From a virus (taxonomy: Duplodnaviria > Caudoviricetes): a DNA stretch of 64,000 nt. Made by a program: the position numbers and the translations under genes. Of the stretch, positions 1 through 9,950 are shown piece after piece. The notes beneath the pieces are model-generated. The model was given only the letters and a program-made list of their open reading frames with translations. It did not search any database and was not told the DNA's origin. The first letter of the stretch is position 1. The number at the start of each line of letters is the position of its first letter. The stretch lies in the IMG/VR virus record IMGVR_UViG_3300010346_001007, positions 1 to 64,000 of that record. One strand, 5' to 3'.

Positions 1-64
1 CAGTACGTTTTGCTGCTTTAACATACTGTTTCATTGCCTTGTAATATTCGTTTAATCTTGACAT
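1..64 (-). CDS. 5' end of a gene running off the window (MSRLNEYYKAMKQYVKAAKRT...)
   Basis: ATG at 64-62, open to window edge, AAGGA and tandem ATATTTATA motifs upstream; not in ORF track. Confidence 0.6.
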   Translation of the reverse strand, partial: MSRLNEYYKAMKQYVKAAKRT

Positions 65-343
65 ATCTATCCTTTTGTTTTATCTATAAATATAAATATA
101 AATATAAAACATTTATTTTTTTTTTTCATATTCAAAGCTTTTTGAACAATTTCTGGTTTTATTTTTCGCAGTTTTTCTTTTTTATCAAAATAAAATTCGC
201 TAGTTATATTGCCCGTCCCTAATGCCAAAGCTAAATATGCGCCGAAGTTTCTTCTTCGGCGGGGGTTAATTCTTTACTTGGTCTGGGCTATCAAATGATA
301 CTTTTTTTGCAAATTAGAACAATCTGCAATATCCTTTTCATAT

Positions 344-1060
344 TTAATTTTTATTTTTTTGATCTATGTCTTCAATTTCATTTATAGAAATTATTGCATC
401 ATATGTTTTTATAATTGCATCTTTAAGTTTTTGAATTATTCCCTTTGATCGTAAAATTTTAAATACAATATTTTCTGTACTCAACTCTCCTCCCGTATCC
501 AATCCATATTGTCTATATGCATCCAAATATTTTTTAACTTTCACCATCGTTTCTCGGGGACCATTTAATGAAGCTTCTATATATTTCTTCATTGCTTCAT
601 ATTGAATTTTAATTAAATCTTTATCTATTTTGGAAGCATCTTTTTTCGGAATTCGAATCCAAATATTTTTTAACAATGAATATATTCCTCCGACATGAGG
701 CTTGGTTTCACTGACATCTTGAATATTTAATTCTAATTTATGTTTCTTAATTAAAATATCATGATCCGAATTCCATGCATCACTAAATGCCCGAGCCATT
801 TTTTGTACGGTTTCAACAGGCATTGCCAATTGTTTAAAATCAATTATTATATGAACATCGGCATCACTATAATCATTCCAGTTATAATTGGCTATAGAAC
901 CCATTAAATATATGTCAACTACTGGTGCAGTAAGATTTGTTTTTTTATAAAAATCTAACGATGCTTGTAATAAATTCTTTCGAATTTCAGGATTTAATTG
1001 ATTTTGCGAATTCCAAAATTCGGGACAAAGTATTTCATTATATATTCGATGTTTTGACAT
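344..1060 (-). CDS. Pol-beta-superfamily nucleotidyltransferase
   Basis: IYLMGSIANYNWNDYSDADVHIII = hGS-x-DxD motif. Confidence 0.75.
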   Translation of the reverse strand: MSKHRIYNEILCPEFWNSQNQLNPEIRKNLLQASLDFYKKTNLTAPVVDIYLMGSIANYNWNDYSDADVHIIIDFKQLAMPVETVQKMARAFSDAWNSDHDILIKKHKLELNIQDVSETKPHVGGIYSLLKNIWIRIPKKDASKIDKDLIKIQYEAMKKYIEASLNGPRETMVKVKKYLDAYRQYGLDTGGELSTENIVFKILRSKGIIQKLKDAIIKTYDAIISINEIEDIDQKNKN

Positions 1061-1061
1061 A

Positions 1062-1442
1062 TTATAAAGGGGTTAAATTTACTGAATTCATTGTTCCACC
1101 CGGTTCTTGGGTCACATATTTTTTTTCACCGGAAGGAGGAAGTTGTAATGCTTTCCGAACGGCTTCACGTTCTTCTTTTGAAAGTTCAATATTTTTTATT
1201 ATCCAATCAACCATTTCTTCTATGGTTAAATCCTCGTTTTTAATTTCCCCATTACAAATTGAATGTTTCCAAGTTGTTCCTCCGTCATCAGTATATTCTT
1301 GATTTTCCATAATTGGAGATTTGCAACATGGACAAATATCTTCATAAATTTCTTTTGCACTTCTATTCGATAATTTATTATTTATTCTTTTAAAGAAATT
1401 ATCAACGATTTCGTCTATTAATTGTTTTGTACATTTATCCAT
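1062..1442 (-). CDS. hypothetical protein with CPCC...HSIC possible Zn ribbon
   Basis: ORF, ATATTTATT motif just upstream of ATG. Confidence 0.55.
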   Translation of the reverse strand: MDKCTKQLIDEIVDNFFKRINNKLSNRSAKEIYEDICPCCKSPIMENQEYTDDGGTTWKHSICNGEIKNEDLTIEEMVDWIIKNIELSKEEREAVRKALQLPPSGEKKYVTQEPGGTMNSVNLTPL

Positions 1443-1459
1443 ACTTAATAAATATAAAA

Positions 1460-2038
1460 TTATATTATTAAAACATCCCGATCTATTTTTAAAATTTCTT
1501 TTAAATTTAGTGGCAATGCAAGTTGATTAAGTTTTTTTATAGTATTTTTATATTCGGATGCTTTATGTAAAATTCCTATTCCACCTTTTAAATTCCACTG
1601 TACAATAGTAACTGCCATATCATCTATTAAAATTGAAAATTCGGATGAATATCGTTGTTTTAAATGCTTCCCATGTACAATGAAAATTTCCTCATGAGAA
1701 AGTTCGGGAATATTTTTATTTAACCATTTTATTTTACCTTCCTTTATAATTTGACCCCTACCCTCGGGATCATTACTTGAACCAGTCGAAGATAATATAC
1801 ATACCCTCCTGAATAATTTATTGGCGGTTTTCCACAACTCCTTTCCTCCTTGAATCCAATCTAAATTGGCCCAAAATTCACTTCCCTGTTTAAAAAATTC
1901 TCCCAATACGGCATTTCGCCTATCTTTCCCAGTTAATTCTTTAAGTTTATCTTTGGATTTTAATTGCTTGTAGCCACCCCACATATCCACTAAAACTCCA
2001 TCCATATCTAAATATAAAATATAATCTTCGTTTTTCAT
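1460..2038 (-). CDS. HAD-family 5'(3')-deoxyribonucleotidase-like phosphatase
   Basis: LYLDMDGVLVD (motif I), ILSS (II), K, ILIDD (IV); ATG start placed at 2038. Confidence 0.8.
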   Translation of the reverse strand: MKNEDYILYLDMDGVLVDMWGGYKQLKSKDKLKELTGKDRRNAVLGEFFKQGSEFWANLDWIQGGKELWKTANKLFRRVCILSSTGSSNDPEGRGQIIKEGKIKWLNKNIPELSHEEIFIVHGKHLKQRYSSEFSILIDDMAVTIVQWNLKGGIGILHKASEYKNTIKKLNQLALPLNLKEILKIDRDVLII

Positions 2039-2049
2039 TTTAAAATAAC

Positions 2050-2078
2050 TTGACAAATTTTCCTGTCATGTGTATCAT
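2050..2078 (+). promoter_or_regulatory. sigma70-like promoter with no downstream sense ORF
   Basis: TTGACA-17 bp-TATCAT. Confidence 0.5.
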
Positions 2079-2110
2079 GTTAATAAATAAATAATTAATA
2101 AGTACAAAGT

Positions 2111-2156
2111 ACAATAAATTAAAAGTACAAATTACAATAAATTAAAAGTACAAATT
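2111..2156. repeat. perfect 23-bp tandem direct repeat (acaataaattaaaagtacaaatt x2)
   Basis: 2111-2133 = 2134-2156; extra aagtaca copies at 2100-2113. Confidence 0.9.
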
Positions 2157-4728
2157 ATAAGAAATTATCAAAATGATATGGGTTTATAATTTCTTCAATA
2201 GGAATAGAATATAAATAATCTTCGTTAGCAACAGGCTTATTGTCTGACGGAGACTCTGGTGCAATATCCGATTCTACATCATTTTTCTTCATTCTTCTTG
2301 GTTTTCTATTTCCAGCATTCGCATCATTTATTGTTGCTTCCCATTCTTTCCATACTTCAGAATTAGGTTCAAAGGGGTTTTTTCCGTTTTCTTTTGCTAG
2401 ATCAACTTTTTTCTTTAATTGACGGCCCCCCTTCATTGAAAAAAATAAATACATGGCCTGAACATCTTTTATTGGCGGAAGTTGCACCGATTGAAGAGAT
2501 TTATTAACCTTTTCCAATTGTTGTTCTGGAGTTTTGCCTTTTGGAGGGGGCCTTTTTTCCGATTCCGGTGATGTTCCCGATTCTCCTTTTTTGGGAAGAA
2601 GTTTTATTAAATCTTCTATAGTAATTTTATTTTCTTGTTGTCCGCTATCCCTAAGTTGAAGCCATAATTGTGAAGCTATTGATCTAGCATTAGGCTCTTT
2701 ATATCCTAATTTTATAAGATGTTTAACAAAATCATTAAACACGAGAATTTCCGGAGTATTTTCCGTTTCTTCCGGCGTTCCTTTAGTTGGTACATCTTCC
2801 GGTTTTGGTATAGGCATTCCAAGTTCTTCTTCCGTATATTTTAAATATTTTAATATATCAATCCAGCGGTTTTTTTCTTTTATATTTTTACCGTTTAATA
2901 TTTGTTTAATTTGATCTATTGTAAATATTTGCTCGGGGCCGTCTAAAGACCCATCATTTTTAAATTTTAAAATTCTGACAGATCCATTGCTCATTTTTTG
3001 ATAATCAAGAGTACCTTCTCCCCCGCTTTTCCACTCCATTGATTTTCGATAAACCGTTGCATATAAAGCTCTGAAAAAGGCATCTTCCATATTTGCAATT
3101 CTAGCATCCACATCTCCCGGCATTTTTTCCATCCATTCTGCATTAACTTTTGATACTGCTTTTTGAACGGAAAATTTTCCTATTGTCGGATTTTCAGGAT
3201 CGTTAGAATCATCTCTTTGCGCCCCCATTTGCGCACTAACTTCATGATCGAAAAAAATCATTAGAGTGTTAGTTGTTTTTTGCTTACTATTTAAATTAGT
3301 AAAATTAGCCTGTATTCTATTTACATAATTATCACAATTCCAAAAAATGTCCATTTTAATCTTAATCTCTTTCTTCATTATTTTAGAAGAATTAGGAAGA
3401 TATATCGGTTCAGATAAACTCGCTTCGTAAGGGACCATTTCAACAGAAAAAGTATTAGATTTTCTAAATGCACTACGAAAGTTTTGTAAAAATTCAAAGG
3501 GAACATTATGTATAGGCGAGTCCGGATTTTTTCTACGGTTCTTCTGCTTTCCTTTAGTATATCCATATAATTGTTCATTTTCTTTTATAATTTCTGAAAG
3601 TTTATTAGATTCAGGATTAACATTTGAAGGAGAACTACGTAAAGAAAATTTCTCTAATGGACTTTGAGGAAGGGGCCTATCAAAAAATGGTTTCGAACGT
3701 GCTTTGTCTGCTTTAACAACATCAATAACGATTTCAACGGCCCGTTCAATAATATAGGGCATATCTAATGATGAAATTTGTGGGTCTCTTATTTTAGCGT
3801 TCCCACCCGGCAATCCGCCCCCCGCACCAACAGAAGCTCCCCCAGAAAAAACGTTGCTTACTTTACCGGAGGATCCTTCTTTCTCTCCACCAGATTTATC
3901 GTCATCTTTTTCCTCGGGCTTAGGTTCTTCGGGCTTAGGTTCTTCAGGCTTAGATTTTTCTTCGCTTCCTTTCGCCCCCAAAATTTCAAAATTATTAATT
4001 TTTTCTATTTTTTCAAGTATGTCTTTATATATTCTTGCAGGATAAATACGTTTTACAGTAGTTGAAAGCATGCTGGCAGGAATTCCTAATTTTACTGCAT
4101 CTGCTGCAAATTTATCATAAATTTGCTTTATTGCATTTTTATAAGCATTCAGAATAGTATCTGGATCCCGAGAAGCAATGGCTTTTGATAATGAAATTCC
4201 CCCCGGAGTAAATATTCGACGGGTAGCATCCCACATAGATTCATTGAAAATTTCACTCAATTTGGTTGACGTTGGAGAAGGCTGAGACGGAGCATTTTGA
4301 CTTCCTTTTTGATATGCCGCCATGCTTTTTAAATTATAAGAAGGATTCTTTACTTGTTGTAAAGTATTTCCTATAGCCACATTTCCTGTCACAGCATCAT
4401 ATAATTCTTTCATCGCCTCTAACATTTGTAATTGTTGTTGAGTTGCGGGAGGAAGTGGTTTTCCAGTGTTAGGATCTACGGCACCAGATTGTCTATATTT
4501 AATAAGTGGAGAAATCTGATTCTCTACATCAGTTAAAATACGCCTCAACGAAATTAAAAGTACATTCCATAAAGATTTTAATTTGGTAATTTGAGGCGAC
4601 TCCAACGAATTTCCCGATAACGCTTGAGCCATTTGTGTACCGGAGCGTGTACGAGCCAACAATCTATCATATAATCCTTCTTCAATATAAGGAGACCCAG
4701 CAATTTGTTTTAAATATTCTCTATCCAT
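2155..4728 (-). CDS. large hypothetical late (probably virion/internal head) protein
   Basis: about 857 aa from MDREYL, ATATTTATA just upstream, KPEE repeats, KLSEIxxE motifs. Confidence 0.6.
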   Translation of the reverse strand: MDREYLKQIAGSPYIEEGLYDRLLARTRSGTQMAQALSGNSLESPQITKLKSLWNVLLISLRRILTDVENQISPLIKYRQSGAVDPNTGKPLPPATQQQLQMLEAMKELYDAVTGNVAIGNTLQQVKNPSYNLKSMAAYQKGSQNAPSQPSPTSTKLSEIFNESMWDATRRIFTPGGISLSKAIASRDPDTILNAYKNAIKQIYDKFAADAVKLGIPASMLSTTVKRIYPARIYKDILEKIEKINNFEILGAKGSEEKSKPEEPKPEEPKPEEKDDDKSGGEKEGSSGKVSNVFSGGASVGAGGGLPGGNAKIRDPQISSLDMPYIIERAVEIVIDVVKADKARSKPFFDRPLPQSPLEKFSLRSSPSNVNPESNKLSEIIKENEQLYGYTKGKQKNRRKNPDSPIHNVPFEFLQNFRSAFRKSNTFSVEMVPYEASLSEPIYLPNSSKIMKKEIKIKMDIFWNCDNYVNRIQANFTNLNSKQKTTNTLMIFFDHEVSAQMGAQRDDSNDPENPTIGKFSVQKAVSKVNAEWMEKMPGDVDARIANMEDAFFRALYATVYRKSMEWKSGGEGTLDYQKMSNGSVRILKFKNDGSLDGPEQIFTIDQIKQILNGKNIKEKNRWIDILKYLKYTEEELGMPIPKPEDVPTKGTPEETENTPEILVFNDFVKHLIKLGYKEPNARSIASQLWLQLRDSGQQENKITIEDLIKLLPKKGESGTSPESEKRPPPKGKTPEQQLEKVNKSLQSVQLPPIKDVQAMYLFFSMKGGRQLKKKVDLAKENGKNPFEPNSEVWKEWEATINDANAGNRKPRRMKKNDVESDIAPESPSDNKPVANEDYLYSIPIEEIINPYHFDNFL

Positions 4729-4780
4729 ATACAGGTATAAATATACGCAAAATAAATTCAATTCGCATATTCGTTAATTA

Positions 4781-4802
4781 AAAAGGGCACCCGAAGGTGC
4801 CC
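4781..4802 (-). terminator. rho-independent terminator after tail sheath
   Basis: GGGCACC-TTCG-GGTGCCC then T tract on minus strand. Confidence 0.85.
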
Positions 4803-4829
4803 ATGTATAATATGTTATTTTATTTTCAA

Positions 4830-7800
4830 TTATGCAGTTGGGAAAGAAGCTCCCGTAGGCATAATATTGAAGTCCAACACAATAAATTCAGCAGTCTTTG
4901 TTGGTTTTAGATAAATTTGACCGTATAGCATATTCCGATCAATTATATCTGGTGTATTATTACTTGCATCCATAACCACCTGGAATGCATATAAACCGCT
5001 TCTTTGTTGTATGCTTTCTAGGTATGGATTAACAATAGCCAAGAATTTATTGCGTGTCGTTGCAGTATTTTGTTCAAACACCAAATATTTCGCCGTTGAT
5101 GCGAAGAATTTCTTAATTTCAATTAACAGACGGCGAACATTAATGCGATCCAATGCCGACGCTTGTACTTGAAGCGTCTTTTGTCCCCAAGCGACAATAC
5201 TGGAGCCTCCGGTTCCGGGGAATGCGGCTATTGGATTAACTCTTCCTTCGTAGAGAGCATCCCGCTCAATATGAGTAGTTCTATCCGTTACTTGCACGGC
5301 CTGGGTAATTCCTCCACGATTCAATCCGGCGGCTGCCCACCATTCTCCCGCAACTCTGTCATTTGCGGCGTAAACGGCTGGCATGACAACGGAAGGCGGA
5401 ACGGTTACAATTTGATTGATGTTTGTATCCTTGATCTTTATCCACGGATAATAGGTTCCTGCATATGAAGTATCAAATTCTCGTGCAAGACCGACGACTT
5501 CATCAATTTGTCCCGCAGCAGGCACCCCATTATCTTTGTAAATATCCAAGATATAGAAACAATCGCCTCTATGTTCACACATGTCAATTACGAGGTTAGT
5601 AACGTATGGATGGTAAGAATAAATAATCCCAGGAGTTACAATTAGATTAATATCAAATTCATCCGCATTACTTAAAGCCCCAATACATTGTTTATATGCA
5701 ATCGATCCAGCAGTATTACTATTAGTACAATCTAATCCTTGCGTATTCCCCGGTTCAATGTCTTTTCCTATATTAATAGGTATTGCCGGAGATTGACCAT
5801 CGAATCCACCTTGGAATCCGAAGACGAACTTACGCATTTTAACATAGGTTGTTTCATTTGCTTCATCCAATATTGCTGGTATTGCATTAGTTCCTTCGAG
5901 TCCTTCATATGAACCCGTTGCAACACCATTTTTATCAATATGCAAATCCAAAGCAAATATTGAATTTCTACCAACTGTCGATTCGGCTGGAATTGGACAA
6001 TTATATTGCAAATTATTTCTCCAACATCCCTGCCCCTCCGATGACGTAGGATATAGGCTCGCCAACTCTATATCAGCACCAGCAGGAATTCCACCAAAAT
6101 CTACCCCAGATGGATATTTTCCGGGGAATAACCCATAAACCGATGCTTTGCTATATGCAACCGGCGCACACCATGTTCCTATAGCACCATTAATTGGAGC
6201 AATATAAGCTTGGAATCCATATGGAACAGCCGTTATTGGATATGGATTGGGAGACATTTCAATACGAATATTTTTACTTAAATTCGCATATGTACCAAAT
6301 TCAATTATTTTCCCATCAAATCGAATATAATTGTATCTATCTCCAATTCGACGAGCAATAAAATTAGCCGAATTTGGATCCATTGATAAATTATTAAATT
6401 GCTCAATAATCTTTGGCCTCTTATCTGTATCACTATAATCTCTTACAGTAAGGGTAAAGGTTCCCCATTCACTTCCGGCAACCGTACCCGCCAATCTAAC
6501 ATTAGAAATTTCAATCTTAAATTGTTTATTTGTATAAGTTCCATCAGATAAGGTCCATATTTTGAATAATGGAAAACGAGTGGGTTCTCCACCATTCCAC
6601 GGTGAAATTTGTTGAGAAATTATCCACGGTGTAGATGCATTAGTCAAACTAAATTCAGAATCGCCATTTAGTAAGTCATTTGAAAATTCATCGGTAAAAT
6701 TCATCGGCTCGCCCTTCCACGATCCAGAAGGTAATGCAGTACCATGTACCCTCCACTTGGAAGGATTGGCGGCAACTTCCGCAATAGAATCTTCAAAGAT
6801 TTTATAAATATATGCTGCTTCCTTTTTAGTTCCAGCCGCATAATTCTTCTTATTCCCCGCAGTAGGATCTTTTCCAAATACATTAGTGATATATTGTGGA
6901 TCATTTTTATCAAGCGAAAATTGATATGTTCCATATCCACCGTCTTCAGACTGACTCAATTGTAAATTAAATGTATGATTAATTTCAGCAGCCCCATCAA
7001 TACTATCACTATATGTTTGTGTAGAACCATTGAATCCTGGAGCATCTAATCCATGCATTCCACCAAATCTTGTATCAGCTAAAACAGCTAAAACTTTATA
7101 TTCAGCGTCACTTCCGCTCCAAGTTTTAGTGCAATGATCATATTTTAAACTTCCCGATCTGAATTCATCTTCATATGTTCCTATTTCTCCACTTAAAAAT
7201 GAAAAAATATGCAATACTCTATTATTACATTCATCTACTGATTGACTAATTTGCATTGCCTTTCCAAAATTTCCAGTCAAATCAAACGGACTTTCATAAG
7301 TTTTGAAATTTTTTCCTTCCTCAGAAAATAATTTTAAATTACCAACAAATTTTTGGGCCTCAAATAATCCATCAATTACTTTAGAAGCATCGGTAGCATC
7401 GATAGCAGGTATATTAATTGATTTAGAAAATTCAAATACCCCCGAAATAAATCCCATAATTGATTGTCCGGCATATAATCTTGAGCCGCTATTTGGGACA
7501 GGTCCAGCTATATCCGCATTGTCCCATTTTTGCGCTCCCTCATTCCACACTTCTACGGCCTTTTCTCTTCCACTAACTAATGTAACTACAACCGGGGCAT
7601 CTTTAAACTCAAAAGAACCCGATAAATTTATTCCCGCAGATTCATTTTCCGGATCAACATTGGCCGATGCTTCATATGTATATTCAACATTAGAAAAATC
7701 AATCCATGAAGAAGTTGGATTTAGCCATCCGGCATCCTCACTTCTTTTCCATCCACCGTTTTCTGCCCAAATTACCCACGGATATTTTTGTCGATACCCA

Positions 7801-8093
7801 GTTAAAGCGCCAACCCTACATACGGTAACAAATCCCTTTTCTTGTAAATATTGTTTAGCAGTATAGGGACCGTACAAAGTACCGTCGGCAACTCCAAATC
7901 GTTGCTCTAAGTCTGCTACAGTGCGGCAAAGAGTGGGAGAAAATCCTGGCCCCTTAGCAAACGGGGCAACCACCACAGCACCAATATCGGCTACACCTTG
8001 GGCTAGTCCTGATTGATCGATTTCTCGGGTAAATACACCCGGACTTATAATTCGGTCGTTTGGAGTAAATCTTCCTCCTTCTGTAATTGGCAT
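4830..8093 (-). CDS. contractile tail sheath protein (T4 gp18-like)
   Basis: N-term SPGVFTREIDQS, YYPWI, WWAAAGLNRG, WGQKTLQ, LDRINVRRLL, YLKPTKTAEFI. Confidence 0.95.
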   Translation of the reverse strand: MPITEGGRFTPNDRIISPGVFTREIDQSGLAQGVADIGAVVVAPFAKGPGFSPTLCRTVADLEQRFGVADGTLYGPYTAKQYLQEKGFVTVCRVGALTGYRQKYPWVIWAENGGWKRSEDAGWLNPTSSWIDFSNVEYTYEASANVDPENESAGINLSGSFEFKDAPVVVTLVSGREKAVEVWNEGAQKWDNADIAGPVPNSGSRLYAGQSIMGFISGVFEFSKSINIPAIDATDASKVIDGLFEAQKFVGNLKLFSEEGKNFKTYESPFDLTGNFGKAMQISQSVDECNNRVLHIFSFLSGEIGTYEDEFRSGSLKYDHCTKTWSGSDAEYKVLAVLADTRFGGMHGLDAPGFNGSTQTYSDSIDGAAEINHTFNLQLSQSEDGGYGTYQFSLDKNDPQYITNVFGKDPTAGNKKNYAAGTKKEAAYIYKIFEDSIAEVAANPSKWRVHGTALPSGSWKGEPMNFTDEFSNDLLNGDSEFSLTNASTPWIISQQISPWNGGEPTRFPLFKIWTLSDGTYTNKQFKIEISNVRLAGTVAGSEWGTFTLTVRDYSDTDKRPKIIEQFNNLSMDPNSANFIARRIGDRYNYIRFDGKIIEFGTYANLSKNIRIEMSPNPYPITAVPYGFQAYIAPINGAIGTWCAPVAYSKASVYGLFPGKYPSGVDFGGIPAGADIELASLYPTSSEGQGCWRNNLQYNCPIPAESTVGRNSIFALDLHIDKNGVATGSYEGLEGTNAIPAILDEANETTYVKMRKFVFGFQGGFDGQSPAIPINIGKDIEPGNTQGLDCTNSNTAGSIAYKQCIGALSNADEFDINLIVTPGIIYSYHPYVTNLVIDMCEHRGDCFYILDIYKDNGVPAAGQIDEVVGLAREFDTSYAGTYYPWIKIKDTNINQIVTVPPSVVMPAVYAANDRVAGEWWAAAGLNRGGITQAVQVTDRTTHIERDALYEGRVNPIAAFPGTGGSSIVAWGQKTLQVQASALDRINVRRLLIEIKKFFASTAKYLVFEQNTATTRNKFLAIVNPYLESIQQRSGLYAFQVVMDASNNTPDIIDRNMLYGQIYLKPTKTAEFIVLDFNIMPTGASFPTA

Positions 8094-8256
8094 ATCGTTA
8101 TATTATCTGTTGTAGTTCATTGAATGACTTAAATATAAATATAACCAAATTTTTAGAAAGATAAAAAAACTATTTTAAATATTTATTTTTTAATATATTT
8201 GAAATATTTCTTAAATAAACCGAAGTTTTAAATATAAAAATGATATTTATAATTAA

Positions 8257-8335
8257 TTCAGTTATTTTTGAAGTTCCGTGGTCGGAATTTAACGATGTTC
8301 ATTGTATTTGACTGCCACCATAGACTTCAACTGAA
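8257..8335 (+). ncRNA. candidate structured non-coding RNA
   Basis: ATATTTATA motif at 8243-8251, nested complementary segments, terminator immediately after, no ORF. Confidence 0.45.
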
Positions 8336-8360
8336 ACGCCTCCTCGGGGAGGCGTTTCTT
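8334..8360. terminator. GC-rich, probably bidirectional terminator
   Basis: AAACGCCTCC-loop-GGAGGCGTTT then CTTT. Confidence 0.8.
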
Positions 8361-8920
8361 TATGTACGATAAATTTTCCACCCATTATATAAGTCTCGTT
8401 CTATAACTATTTTTCGATCATGTTCCAACTCTTCTAGCAATTTTCTTTTTAAAATAAAAGATGAACCACTTATATTTTCTTCCAATATTTTTTTAGGATA
8501 ATCTGGTAATTGTGCAAGAATATATGACTTTTTTTGAATTCTTTGTCTCCTTCGTTCCGACCGTTTAATAGATGAGTTAGGATGCTCTTTTTTATGACAT
8601 TGTTTACATTTACATACTAATCCCCCATTTAATAATAAATGTTCTTCCCCATGTCGATCTTTTGCTTCTTTAGTATGATGTACTTCTAAATTTTCTCTGC
8701 ACCCACAAGAACATCTCCAATTAGACCTACGTTTTACTTCTGAAGAAATTATTAACCAATATGAAGTTTTTAAAAAATAAAAATATTCAAGATTAAGAAT
8801 ATAAGATTTTATTGGGGACCAATCTAATTTATTGATAATATCCAACATTTTTTCATATGAACCCGCCCCCGAATCTTGATCGGCACGAAAATATTCAAAT
8901 ATAAACTCATTTGGGGACAT
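8360..8920 (-). CDS. HNH endonuclease with possible C-terminal winged helix
   Basis: WRCSCGCRENLEVHH...LVCKCKQCHKKEH. Confidence 0.75.
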   Translation of the reverse strand: MSPNEFIFEYFRADQDSGAGSYEKMLDIINKLDWSPIKSYILNLEYFYFLKTSYWLIISSEVKRRSNWRCSCGCRENLEVHHTKEAKDRHGEEHLLLNGGLVCKCKQCHKKEHPNSSIKRSERRRQRIQKKSYILAQLPDYPKKILEENISGSSFILKRKLLEELEHDRKIVIERDLYNGWKIYRT

Positions 8921-8929
8921 TATACATCA

Positions 8930-9253
8930 TTAAAGTGATGATGAGTACGGAGCTTCCGGAATTGTTGCTTGAGCCGGACCACTTGTGCGAGTAAATGTTC
9001 CATCGGCCATATTAAGATTTCCTTCTCCATAAGTTTGAATAATCTTATCTAACAGCTTTCTTTCTTGTTGTTGTAAAGACACCCATTCTTCTTTTAAGGT
9101 TTTTTCTTTATCAACAAATTCATTAACTGCGGCATCTAATTGCATTTTTTCAATTTGTAAAGACCCCAATTTAACAATGGTTTCTTGAAACTTACTTTGT
9201 AACTCTCGGATCTCGGTTAAATCCGCCTCTGATATTTTAATTGTTTGTGACAT
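8930..9253 (-). CDS. coiled-coil hypothetical phage protein
   Basis: heptad-rich helix ending YGEGNLNMADGTF. Confidence 0.6.
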   Translation of the reverse strand: MSQTIKISEADLTEIRELQSKFQETIVKLGSLQIEKMQLDAAVNEFVDKEKTLKEEWVSLQQQERKLLDKIIQTYGEGNLNMADGTFTRTSGPAQATIPEAPYSSSL

Positions 9254-9341
9254 AACTTAATGTGTTTAGATATAGATAGAGACTCAATAATATAAAAACT
9301 AACATATTTACCGCTTTTAAATTTATAACTTATTTTATTAA

Positions 9342-9791
9342 TTAAGGCAAAGGTTCTTCTTTAGAACCACCTTCTTCTCCACCACCCGGAACGCCAATTT
9401 CTCCTAATTCCGATCCTTCATTTCCCGGATCCTTAACTCCTGGTTCCGACGGTAGTTCGGGTTCTCGATCTCGCTTTGAAATTAATTCATCTCGCAGAGA
9501 ACTTACTTCATTATCTGATAAATCTAATACTTCCTTAATAATATCATCATTATATTGCAATAAATTATCAATCAATGCCTTCTTTTCTTCTTCGGGATTA
9601 GGTTCAAAATTATATTGCAATTCTAAAAAATATCCGTGCCTTTCAATAGCTTCTTCAATTCCTTTAGAATTTGGACGATTTATAATATATGGTCCATATA
9701 TTGTAGAATCTTCATCTTCATGTTGAAAAATTATACGTACTCCATTTTCAACTACTACTCTTTTAATAATTTCAGATTTTGATATTTTCAT
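9342..9791 (-). CDS. hypothetical acidic late protein
   Basis: ORF with ATATTTATA motif at 9817-9825. Confidence 0.55.
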   Translation of the reverse strand: MKISKSEIIKRVVVENGVRIIFQHEDEDSTIYGPYIINRPNSKGIEEAIERHGYFLELQYNFEPNPEEEKKALIDNLLQYNDDIIKEVLDLSDNEVSSLRDELISKRDREPELPSEPGVKDPGNEGSELGEIGVPGGGEEGGSKEEPLP

Positions 9792-9885
9792 AATTCATTT
9801 ATAATCAATTACCACATATAAATATGTGCTATTAATCATTTTATTCCTATTTAACATATTATTCTATTTGTAAAAGAGTCTTTAT

Positions 9886-9934
9886 CTTTGCGTCGCCAGA
9901 AAACTCCTACGTCTTTAGCGTATGGGTAGTTCAT
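9886..9934 (+). mobile_element. 49-bp IS605 mini-element (left end fused to right end)
   Basis: follows TTTAT; gtcgccagaaaactcctacgtctttagcgta matches the reverse complement of the IS left end (about 11960-11988) and gggtagttcat matches its right end. Confidence 0.8.
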
Positions 9935-9950
9935 CCCCATTTTCCATATG

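Noticed and set aside
125-343. Gene or ncRNA downstream of the nucleotidyltransferase (hairpin GCCGAAG/CTTCGGC at 241-260)
   Set aside because: Only short interrupted frames; may be a decayed extension or terminator, but cannot be supported
2100-2156. Mini CRISPR array
   Set aside because: Repeats are directly adjacent with no spacer
7303-7866. Long antisense ORFs (also 15178-15915, 13964-14380, 35829-36245 and others)
   Set aside because: Shadows of well-supported genes on the opposite strand, with no motifs
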